A stretch of 63,159 nt of DNA, the filler included, from Craspedostauros australis (lineage: Eukaryota): the NCBI GenBank assembly GCA_030167865.1. It is 12 parts of 12 records of this genome, joined end to end, with 100 filler letters (N's around TTAATTAATTAA, not from the genome) between each part and the next. Parts side by side here need not be neighbours in the genome. Positions count along the whole stretch, not along the records: positions 23,039 to 32,114 come from JALAGF010002465.1; positions 32,215 to 54,180 come from JALAGF010002468.1; 10 more parts are not named here. One strand, written 5' to 3'. Under the pieces are notes generated by a model, which worked only from the letters and a program-made list of their open reading frames with translations, was not told the origin of the DNA and searched no databases. Every line of letters starts with the position of its first letter. The first letter of the stretch is position 1. A program made the position numbers and the translations under genes. This document shows positions 25,955 through 37,400 of the stretch, one piece after another.

Positions 25955-25971
25955 GGTAGCTGTGAGTGGTT
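25954..25971 (+). promoter_or_regulatory. Primer-binding site, probably initiator tRNA-Met
   Basis: TGGTAGCTGTGAGTGGTT parallels the metazoan tRNAiMet PBS TGGTAGCAGAGGATGGTT and implies the A1:U72 pair typical of initiator tRNA. Confidence 0.65.
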
Positions 25972-26382
25972 GCCAAATACTCTCTTATCAACTCCACCGA
26001 GCATCTTCCTCTGCCAACCGATCGCAAGAGTCTCTCTGAGACTAAGCCAAAAGGCACAGCTCGCAAACCGAGCCTCCACCAAAGGACCACGTCCTCATCG
26101 CATGCATCTGATCTGAAATCAGATCCCCGACGCTCGAAAACCGAGCCACTCAAGAGGACAAAAGTTCCAGCTGAAGGTAAGTGACCAAACGTCGAACTTC
26201 AGTAGCCTCTACCAAAGCAAGCTATAACCGCACTCGCTGACTGAGTACGAGCCTCTCCAAGCCTGCATCGAACTTCAGTGCACACCTTCCCAACGAAGTG
26301 AAGTCGAGCAAGAGCAAGAGAAGGCAAACAGATCGATCCCCTCGACGTCCGAAGACTACTCGAGAAGTCCCTGCTATCCATC

Positions 26383-29300
26383 ATGGCGGAAGAGACAACC
26401 CCTGCCACGCTGGAAGAGCTGCAAGCGCAGCTCGAAGCGATCACGGTCAAGAACGCTCGCCTCACACAGGCAACGTTGGCGGCCGAAGCCGCTGCAGAAG
26501 CGGCGAACGCGGCTGTAGCCACTGCCCAAGCAGCAGCAACAGCCACCGCGACTCCAAGCCGCTCCGGTCTCGGGCGCAGCCGATCAGTCGGCGCCGCACG
26601 AACCCGGACGGACCAGTCCTTCCTCGATGACAGTCTCTTTGACACAGAAATGCCCATGCCCAAGAAGAGCAGGAAGTCAGGTGAGGACAGTGACGACGAC
26701 GACGATGACCTCTCTGGGAAACCAACCGTTCCCATCATGGGAGGTCTCCTCAAGCAAGGACGCAACTGGGTACCCTGGACCACAGGCGCACCAAAACGCG
26801 CAGTGGACCGGCCTCCAAGACGAGTCACAGACCAGGTGGACCAACTCTCAACAACAGAGAATCCTTCATAACAGTGCTGACTCCACCAACCAGTCCAAGC
26901 AAGAGCAAGGATTCGCCGACAAGTTCAAGAAGGGAGGCAACATCCAGCAGTTCATCCGCCTGGTGCGCAATCACATGGCCAAAACTGGACTCCTCACCAT
27001 GGCGTACATCGCTGACGACAACGCAGAGTCAGAGATGACTTGCGTTCTGGATTCACCCGCCGCCTTCACTCTTGAAGATGCCACTGAGCACTTCAACGAG
27101 TACCACCTGAAGTGGGATCACTACGACGTCCAGAACAACGAAGCGGCCGCAGCGTTCTTCCGCGACAGTCTTGACCCAAGTCTCGAAGACCAGCTTATGA
27201 ACCGAATCGAGCCGAAGTTTCACGACAACTTCATCACCCTCTTCGTTGAGTTCATGAACAGCAACTCGGCCAACTCTTTGGATGAGCAGGACGCCCTTGC
27301 ATCCAAGATCCGCGAAGTCAACTGCAGAAGCTTCCCCAACGAAAATGTTGGACTCATGGCGGTCCACCTTCGTGCTCTTTGCAAGCGCCTCGACGACGCT
27401 GGTCGCTTCGACCTCCGTCTCCTCCGCAAAATCCTCGATGCCTTCCTCCAGGCGGGAGGACAGATCCGGTCCGGTGAACAGTACCGACGTCCTCTCTATG
27501 TGATGAAGGATGACCTTGAGGAAATCCTCATGCGTCTTCCCGTCTTCACGTACAAGCACGCTCTCCCCAAGCTCGCCGCAAAAGATCTCACATGGATGGC
27601 AATCTGCAACAAGGCCCAGTCGTCGTACGACAACGAGGTGCGTGGCAATCGCTGGCATGCCATCAGGCGTACCAAAGATAGCAACGTGCCCAGGTACTCG
27701 TACGCCAACAACGCCATCCAGAATCCAAGTGCCAACATTCTCGAGCAACACAAGGGTTTCTCCAAGAACGACGGAAAGAGGAACAACTCCAGGAAGCCCA
27801 AGGAACGCGACGCCAAACGCAACGCCGGCCAGAGCTGGTCGTCCAAAGCCCCCAAGCCTGGTGAACCACAGCGCAAGCTTGTCAATGACAAGACCTTCAT
27901 GTGGTGCGCCAAGTGCCGCCGCTGGCGTCTCTCGCACAACACCGAGAGCCACCAGGATAACTTCAAGTTCAAGGCAAAGGCTAAAGGCAAGCATGTTCCC
28001 AAGCAGGACAACCTCTCCATCGACATGGCTGCGTGGACGTGCTTCACAGCCGCCTCCAGTCAAGATGAAGACACCTGGTGGTCCCTCATCTGCAACCTCT
28101 TCACCTCCTTCAACTACTTTGGTAGCATCGTTGGAATGGTTCTCCTCTTCGCTTCACTCCAAGTCATCACCATTGGAGTAGAGTATGGGTGGTACATCGC
28201 GGCAGCTAATGCCTGGATGCTCATCGCCGTAACTCTACTACTCCTCCACACGAACGTTCCACGAAGACCCTACTCAATCAACTCTACTGATCTAGCCTAT
28301 AACAAGGCACAAGTCAAAGAACGGTACAAGCAAGTGCACAAACGTCCAACACACTTCAATGGGGCTGTGAAACGCAGTCTCTACGACCTCGTGATGGAAA
28401 GTCTCGACCCAGATGGACCCAAACCCGTGAACGTGTCGAAGGTGAACTCCCCACGAACAAAACGTGTGTGGCGTCCCCAGGCTCGGACCAAAACTCGCAA
28501 TCACAGATCAAAACGTCGTCACTGGAATCAATCGAAAAATTCCACTTATGGTAAAAACCAAACACTCACGACAGCAAAATTGCCCCGCCAGGAAGGTCGC
28601 ACCTCATCCATCTCACGAAACCTCTGGAGCCTGTACCCAACTCTCGGGATTGACTTGGTGTGTGGCTGGAACCAGAAGCAACAATGTGACAATGACATGC
28701 CCGCTCTACTCACCCTGCAAGGTCTAGCATCCTACTTCTCCAATCGCAATGCTTTCGCATCTCCAGCTAAAGTTGAGAGTTATCTCTCACCCAATGCTCC
28801 ATTCGAACTTGTATGGGACAGCGGAGCGTCAATTTCTGTGACAAATGACCTCAACGACTTCTGTTCTACTCCAAGCCCTCCACCAAGGCCGACCTTTCTC
28901 AACGGATTCCTCAAGAAAATCCAAGTGAATGCGTTGGGAACCGTCGAATGGTATGTCCTTGATGTGACTGGAAGCCCTCGCAAACTGCGACTGCCCGCTT
29001 TCCATGTTCCCCAATCAAAGGCCAAGCTAATCAGTACTTCCAGTCTCCTTGAGGAGTACCAGGGAGAGACAATCGTGTTCGACAAGTCCTCCTGCCAACT
29101 CAGCGGAATCCAAGGAAGCGACGATCGCAATGCAATCGTAGCGAACTACAAGAAATCCACAAGGTTGCCAACATCCGTCGGCTACAGCGCCGACAACATC
29201 CATGATATCAACATCTAGAGCGAAATTAGGTATTCATCTCCCATGACTGAAACGTGATTCATTATTTTTGATTCGACTCGATTTGAGAGTATAGTCGAGT

Positions 29301-30452
29301 GAGTCTTGATACACGATTGAGATTCAGTCACTACTGTCATCGAATCTGACGTAGGCACTGACATCATCAATGACATCAGAGGATCAGTCATTGTGATCCA
29401 AGGAATCGAGATTATATCTTAGTCATGGTATGCTGACCTGTCTAGCAATGCCAAGTGCATCATCGAGCACGTGGCAACAACACTTAGGATCCAGAACAAC
29501 ATCGTCAGAGGTGATGCATGCACCTCATCGACGTAGACGGATCAACCCATATATGATCAAACAGAGATCAAGATTAGGCAAGACCAGGAGAGATGAAGAA
29601 AGACCCAAGGGCGAGAATAACACGAGATATCGTGTAGATCAACATGCCATCTTGGGCAATGTTTTAGGAAAGACTGCAAGATAAACCACGAGGTAATCGA
29701 GCAGCACGTTAGCAACCGTGCAATAGGCACCATCATTAGAAATAGGAGATCATCATCTCATAATTCAAACTCAATCATCAATTGAATACAACCATAACTT
29801 AGCAACAACTATCACCAAACACACCGACTTCACCTGACGGATTGATCACCCTGGCGGAGGAGTAAATGCAGTGTTTGGTGCCTGTCCTGTATTGAATTGC
29901 TGATTATCACATGACGTACCAGCCGCACTGACGTTCATCGTCTCTACTGTATCGGACCACAACGTGAACCTCACCCAACCGCAAAAGGAACTTCTTCGGT
30001 GGCACTATCGTCTTGGACACTTATCCTTCAGTCGAGTGAAGTTCCTGCTGCGTTCGGGTGCACTCACTGGGTCAGAATCGTCTAGAAAGATGCATACAGC
30101 TGCGGCAAAGGTCACGAATCTCCCGCTCTGCGCCGCATGTCAATTCGGAAAGCTGCACCGTCGCCCTTCACCAGGAATAACCCAATATGTCATTCGTGAC
30201 AAACAAGGAGTTTTGCGCACCGATCACTTGTTTCCAGGACAACAAGTATCAGTGGACCACTTCGTCGGTCGAACGCCAGGACGTCTTTTCTCAGGACGAG
30301 GCAAAGGCGATCCAAAGGAAATGTACAAGGGCGGAGCCATCTTCGTCGATCACGCGTCCGGATACATCCATGTGGAACCAGTGGCAGCGCTAACCACGCA
30401 CGCCACCCTTGAGGCCAAGGAACAGTTCGAACTGATGTGTCGAGATGTGGGG
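26383..30452 (+). mobile_element. Ty1/copia (CoDi-like) gag-protease-integrase, disrupted
   Basis: Gag with PIMGGL..WVPWT and knuckle WCAKC-x6-H-x4-H; protease VWDSGAS; pre-integrase LLRWHYRLGH...CAACQFGK; integrase VSVDHF and FVDHASGY. Disruptions: frameshift at ~26795, insertion 29206-29909, truncation at ~30452. Confidence 0.9.
29206..29909. mobile_element. 704-bp insertion (probable solo LTR) with 5-bp TSD CATGA
   Basis: CATGA at 29201-29205 and 29910-29914. Removing the insert restores the frame NIH-DVPAALTFIVSTVSDHNVNLTQPQKE. Confidence 0.85.
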
Positions 30453-31147
30453 TGTTGGCAAGTTCCGTGATTGGAAGCCTACGATCGTGGAAGATGGTGT
30501 TGGTTGATAGTCATTCTGTTTGCTATTTCATTACTTGGCTACTCCAATCCTCTCGGTGTACGCCCGTTCTCTTGCCCGATGCTCTTGGTGCTTCAATCTG
30601 TTTCATAGATTTGGTCTCTGACTATGAGTCGGTACGCGAAATGCTCTCTCGCTCCTCTCTGTATTCTCTCTCTCTTTGTCTTAGTATCGTGTGTTTCGTG
30701 CTACACGATACTCCATGTTCGATGCGTATTCCGCATTCGATACTTTGTTCATTCAGTACTGGTTCCTACTCCATGAGTACTTACCATTTGAAGTTCACCT
30801 TCTGTATCCATGATGCTGATCCTCTTCGGTCATCGGATCTTCGCCTCCTGCTCTGACTTGGAGACAGATGTCAACATGGTGACACAATGACATCCTGTCA
30901 ATGTCAGTAGGTGCCCTTCTGCTCTCCAGATGTCACGTTCCATTGGTGATGCAGCAGTCTGTCAGATGATATCGTCATCTGAGGTTTAGTTGGGAGGTAC
31001 CTCGAGATTCGCTTGGTATCATACGTTTCCATTGATGGATGGACGGACGATGTTTCTAATTCTCAGAAATCGTTGATTGCAAATTTCCTCCAGAAATTCT
31101 GCTCATTTTCGTGTGTTCCATTTCCACTGTAATTCTGACGAATCACA
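30453..31147. mobile_element. Possible further LTR-like insertion truncating the integrase
   Basis: Integrase homology stops at TGTTGGCAAG and non-coding CT-rich sequence follows. The right end is uncertain and no TSD was found. Confidence 0.35.
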
Positions 31148-32349
31148 GCATACTATCGACACGAATGTAGTTATACCGTCCAAGTGCGTATGAGAGAATA
31201 ACGGGTGAACAATGCACATATACACGTACATCTCGACATATACTCACATGTACATCTCGACAATCGCTCGTTGATGGTTGAACGCGTGTCCCGCCGAATC
31301 TCCCATCGTTTCTCCCAAGCCAATGCCTCAGCCGCTGGTGTGACTGGAACAACAGTCAAATCTGGTGGGGAGAGCTCGGAGGGCGACGGTGGGTCTGACA
31401 AGAATGCAGACGACTCGCAGGTGAAGGAAGGAGACGAGGACTCCGTCCACGTGTAAACGAAGTGGCGCCATGAGGTGAGACGAGACGCGATGAGCATACT
31501 CTATCAGACTTCAACCAACTCGAGAGTCGCCAAATCAGGGTGGACCATTCCGACTTGCATCAACTGCGACGTGGGGCATTTCCGATGCCAAACTTTGATG
31601 GTTCGGCATCCACGATGGTTTGCGAAGGCGGTGGATACGTAGATACGCGGGTTCATGGATGGATGGGTGGATGGACCAGTATGAAATCAATACCCCGATT
31701 CGCTGACGGGGCGGCCTCACTTCGGTGAATACTTTGCTTCCATACGACACGACCGTGCACTCCAACTTGCCCATACGACCATGACCTATGAACAGACACA
31801 TACAATTCAGGCGAGTAGGCAGCAACATGGCTATGGCTGTGAAGACTGCAGACCCCGAACGGACAATAGTACCAACATGAATTCAGAAATCAGTGGTATT
31901 ATCCATACGTACTCGCACATGTCGTAAGCAAACATGAAAGCTCTGCATTTTCTTTGTGATGTCTCGGCACATGTGCATGTACATGTGTATGCGCATGTGT
32001 GTGCGCGTGTATGAGTGTTTGCGTGCGCGCGTGTGTGTCTACGTCCGGATGTCGAGACAGAACCAGCGCTTGCTGCTGCTGTCGTATTGCTTGCCTTCTT
32101 CGTCTGTTGTTCCANNNNNNNNNNNNNNNNNNNNNNNNNNNNNNNNNNNNNNNNNNNNTTAATTAATTAANNNNNNNNNNNNNNNNNNNNNNNNNNNNNN
32201 NNNNNNNNNNNNNNGGAGAAGCTTCATGGGATGGACAGATGGGGGGTATGCGGAGCTAATGTGGTGCGCAGATTGTGAAAATGCCAGGGATGATAATGAT
32301 GATCATGGGTGCTGAAGGGAGGGCAGCATGGTGCCATCGAGAATTTTTC

Positions 32350-32599
32350 GCACCCACCACCTGACAGACAGCAAGCCAAAACGACATTAAAAATAAAGTG
32401 CATACAAATTTAACTTCAATATTCAGAATCACTGATAGCCACTCGTCCGGATGCACTGTTTATTTTTAATTTTAAACGATGTGTTGTTGAGATATAACAT
32501 CATAAGCAGTTGTTTGGATGGTTTTGGATGTGCTCTAATTTAGTCTACTTTATCACGACTCATCACGAGTAAAACTCAAAAAACACTCCACAACTAGTG
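32350..32599 (-). mobile_element. Second copy of the CACTA-like transposon end
   Basis: Ends ...CTCCACAACTAGTG and is a reverse-complement match to 22688-22938. Confidence 0.6.
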
Positions 32600-34463
32600 C
32601 TATCGCGACACCGTTTTACATTGAGTGCAGGTCGTACTCTGCGCAAGAGAGGAACGTTACAATCAACTCTCGCATCAGACACGCACATAGGTGTTCCAGA
32701 GACATGATCGTCAACACAGATGACCCACATGCCTGTGGGACTGTTTCGTTGATGCGAAGAACAGGTCATGCACGAGCAGGTATGCGGATGTCACCTTGAG
32801 TTCCAGAGTATGCAGAGCAGTCGTATTCTTCTCCGTCTGTTATCTTGCATTATGTAATGAAAGTATAGGGAGGAATTTGTAGATGTTAATGGCATCCTTT
32901 TCCTTCTCCAATGCCTTGCATCTCCCACAAGCATTTGTTCGTTGCAAAGTCTTATTGGAAACTTTCCGCCATATATTTTGGGCACACGCTGATCGTTCCA
33001 CATCGCCGAAGCTGTCTTCTTTGTTACCCTCATCCATTGCGCTATTTTTATGAAGAGAGCACAACGGCATCTGACTAAGTCTGGAACAAGCAAGGAGTAG
33101 AACGGATTGTCTTCCCTTCGCTGAAAGTCGCCTCGTTGCGTGACAGGGATAGCAAAAGTTGCGATTTGTTGCATGAAGCTTTTGCCAAAACCCGGGACAA
33201 GAGATGCCGAATGCGATCTCCCAAACTCAGAAGTGACAGCATGGATCGAAACGCAATCACAAAATGGATACCATTATACCATGAAGCAGAGCAACCATTC
33301 TCAACAGAGGAGTGATAGATGTGGAGTGTAGATGAATGGATTAGATTGGTTGGTCATGGAGAGGTAAGCGGCGCTGATGGAATGGGGCTTGGCAATTCCA
33401 TCTCGGTATGAGCATGAGTGCGGATGCTCGCTTCCATCTCTGCCACGCAAGAGAACACTCAGAGCACTCCAGAGATACACTTTCTTCTCGCTTCTCGTTT
33501 CACTTCTCTTCGCTTTCTCTCACATCACAACGATAACTCCAGAACCGGCAATGTGCTCTAGCGACTTTTTGATTGGAGTGGTTCGTGCTCTGGCGCTCTC
33601 ACGCTCTGCTTCCCAGAACAAACATGACAGTTTGGTCAATCCTGCTTCCTTTGAGGGCATGTCGGAATTTGTCCCCTTTTCAAAGACTGGTGGCGAACTG
33701 TCTGTCTGCCACACGCTTTGTTCGAGAATAGAATGTCTCATATTCCGTCCGCCCATCGCCCAACGCATACGTTCCATTCGTGGCGAGTTCTTGTTGGAAT
33801 GTTCTGTGATTGGCCAGTTTCGCAACCACCAATTCCTTCTTCCGAAAAGCGTCCGTTGCCTTGTTCCTTGTGTTCGTGAACTCTGTCTTGGACCAAAGAT
33901 ACCATCTCGAAGGATCGACTTCATTCAAGGGTGCAAGAAGCACCATGATTGGCAGAGGTACGTCAGCAACGCATCATTCACGCGCACTTCTGATCAAGAC
34001 GCGCATGGTGGACGCAAAAAGTGAACCTCGTTTGTCGTCGCACGTCACGCTGCACGAGTGACGCGACCCATCAAAACGATCGCGACGATGTCTGATGTCT
34101 GATGTCTGATGTCTGTTGTCTCCTGCGTTTTGTGACAGGAGAACGAAGTTGGTCGGCTGCGACCACACGCTACGACCTACCGAACGAGTACACACCAACA
34201 TCACAACAAGATCCTCAACAGCACGACAGAAGCCACTGCGGCATTGGCACCTCCATCTTCATCACAAAAGAACTTTCGGGTCCAGGCTCACACATTTGAC
34301 CATCAACGTTGTTGATCAGTTGCTGTGCATATCCGTACTCGTATTCGAAACAGGCATCTGGACGCAACCAAGGATCGAACGCACGAACGACATCAGTACT
34401 CTCTGGAGAGCACAAGAATAATTGTAGAGCTGCTGCATAGAAGACCGCACACGCGACAATACC

Positions 34464-37400
34464 ATGTTCCGTCTCGCCTCGCTGACCGCCAAGCGCATCG
34501 TCGCGAGCGTGTCCAACGCAAATGGAGCAGCACGGCGTCAGATGTGCGGATTGGTGGCTGCCATCGATGATGTCTGGACGACAGCGCCTACCTCGGGCAA
34601 CTGGCATGGCGATGTGCCCATCTTGGGCGACTCGGCCGCCATGTCCAAGACCGCCAATATTCTCTACCATCGCGGACCTGATGGTATGCAGGTTGCATCG
34701 GGTGCCGTGGGAAAGTACTCGCAAAGATGGAGTATGGGGTGAGTTGTTCGTCTGAAGTCCTTGTGCTATCATGGCCTCGAAAGTCATGGACGATTCCGAT
34801 TGCAAGAAAATGCGGAAGCGACTGCGACTGTGACTGCGAGCGTGGCATCATCTCATCTCAGTTCATCTCATCCTATCTCACTTCCTCCAACATCACAACG
34901 TATCACAACGCATCACACCGTATCACGCCGCATCATGTGACTTCTCACACTCTCATGCAATGCGCACGTACGAATACCAACAGCCACACCCGATTGGCAA
35001 TCGTCGATCCATCCAACCGCAATGCCGACATGCCCTTCCACATGAAGTTCGAAAATAAGAGCATCCATCTGGCCGCCAACGGCGAAATCTACAACCACAC
35101 AATCCTGTACGACGAACTTCAAGCCGACGGATGGAATCACGCGCGATTTTCCGGATCCGACTGCGAGGTCATCGGACATGCCTACGCCAAGTACGGCGGG
35201 CCCGCCACTGCTGCCAAACTCGATGGAATGTTTGCCTTCGTCGTGTTCGAAGAAGACGAGACGACGGGGGAGGTCCGAGCATTTGCGGCGAGGGATCCGG
35301 TCGGAATCAAGCCATTGTACTATGGTCGCACGGCCGGTTCCGATGCCAACGACGCATCGGCCTACGTGTTTGCATCCGAATTGAAATCCTTGGTGGGACA
35401 CGTAGATCCATCGACCGTCGTGAACGTTCCGCCGGGTCACTATTGGACGCCAGATGATGGTCTTGTCTGCTACTACAACCCGGATTGGCTTCGAAAGGTA
35501 CGGTGACGCAGCCCAATTGTGCAGAGATCTGATTTACAGGGGAAATCGTTCGTTCATGTTGATGTTGATGTTGACCATTGCTGCATAGAGATGGTCTGGA
35601 ACCAAATGGGGAAACGAGCAGGAATGGAATCATTTCAATGCCAACACCCGTGCCAACTCAAATGTCCAAACGTCACAAGAGCTGCCGTTTTGGCATGCGC
35701 GTGGAATAACAAGGCGCAATACTCGGAGCTTCATTCACAACACTTGCATCGTTCTTCGTCACTCATCATTCTTCATCGACGTTTTCTGCATCCTTCTTGC
35801 ATGTTCTGCTCACAATCGCGCACTCCCCCAAACTTCAATCAAACAACTAACATGCTCACATGCACGCAACGCATTCCTATTTCGGCGATTGTCATCGACA
35901 GGACGACTACGCTCCATGGACCGACTCTGCGCACAGCGTCACAGACGATGATATCAGAGAGGCATTCACAAAGGCCGTGCAGAAGCGAATGATGTCTGAT
36001 GTTGACTACGGTTTCTTCCTTTCTGGCGGCGTCGACTCCTGCATTGTGGCTCATGATCTGCTCCCGCTGTACAGAGAGTCTGGCGACGACCGTCCCATCA
36101 AAACCTTCACTGTGGGCATGGAGAATTCGCCAGACATGATGGCGGCCAAGGGCATGGTTGATGCTCTTGGCGGCGAAAGATACGTGGATCATCGCGTCCG
36201 CACCTTCACACCGGAGGAAGTGTTTGAGCTCATTCCCAAGATTGTGTATCACATGGAGACCTACGAGGCAGAATTGATCCGCAGCGCCATCCCCAACTGG
36301 CTGCTCGCTGAACGTGCTGCCCAGGATGTCAAGATGGTGCTCACCGGCGAAGGAGCTGACGAACTGTTCGCTGGTTACCTCTACTTCCAGGACGCCCAGT
36401 CAGCGACCCAAGTGCAGAACGAACTGCGAAGAATTTACGGCATGCTCGGCAACGTCAATCTTCACCGCACGGACCGCATGACCATGGCGCATGGCCTGGA
36501 GGCGCGCGTTCCCTTCCTCGACACCGAATTCACGAAGCTCGTCATGAGCATCGACCCAGCTCGCAAGATGGTCGACGCCGAGGCTGTCAAGACCAACAGC
36601 CGCGGGCGCGAGAAGACGTTCCTGCGCGAACTCTTCGAGGCTCCAAACTCCAACGGAGATTCCATCCCACGGCCGGTCCTCTGGAGGGCGAAGGCCATGC
36701 AATGCGAAGGCGTAGGAGAGGACTGGGTCTCCATCCTGCAAGGCAAGATCGCCTCCCTCGTTTCGGACGCCGAAATGGCGGAAGCAGCAACCGCGTATCC
36801 CATCAACACTCCGCACACTAAGGAGGAGCTGTACTACCGCAAGATCTACGACGAGCAATACCACGGCATGGAACATGCCGTCAACCTTTGGGAAGGTGGT
36901 GGCAGAGCCCTGGGTGCTGAATGGAAGAGCGAGATGTACACGCGAGAAGGTTTGGCCGATACCGACCTTCTGAGCCACGCGCTGCAGCAGCAACGAAGCT
37001 ACTCCACATCCAGCACGCCCGGCGGCTTCGGAGCAGGAAGAGGTCTCACCAGAGCCGCACACATGGGCACGACGACGGCGGCGGCAACGGGTTCGGCTAC
37101 AAGGGGCCGCCGGTCATTCTCCGTCAGCCCTCAGACATCGGAAGAGCCACTCGCCATCAAGGCGTCCCTCGAGGCACAGGCAGCAGCCTTCAAAGCCGGA
37201 TTCGATGAATTTGAAGCCATGATGACCACGGGAGGTGATGACCGGAGTCTGATTCTCGAAACTGGTACCAACAAGTACCACATCACGCCACAGCCAATCA
37301 ACGAGGGTGATATCTTCCGCGGATCATGCACAGGCAACCCACCAACTCGACGTGGGTACGATGCTGCGCATGCTCTGTACGCGAGCAAGTTGAAGGGATT

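Noticed and set aside
22688..32599. One ~10-kb CACTA element bounded by inverted ends
   Set aside because: The two ends are on different contigs with spacers between them.
32791..34061. Several overlapping 80-215 aa ORFs upstream of the asparagine synthetase
   Set aside because: No motif or consistent frame; at most a decayed gene.
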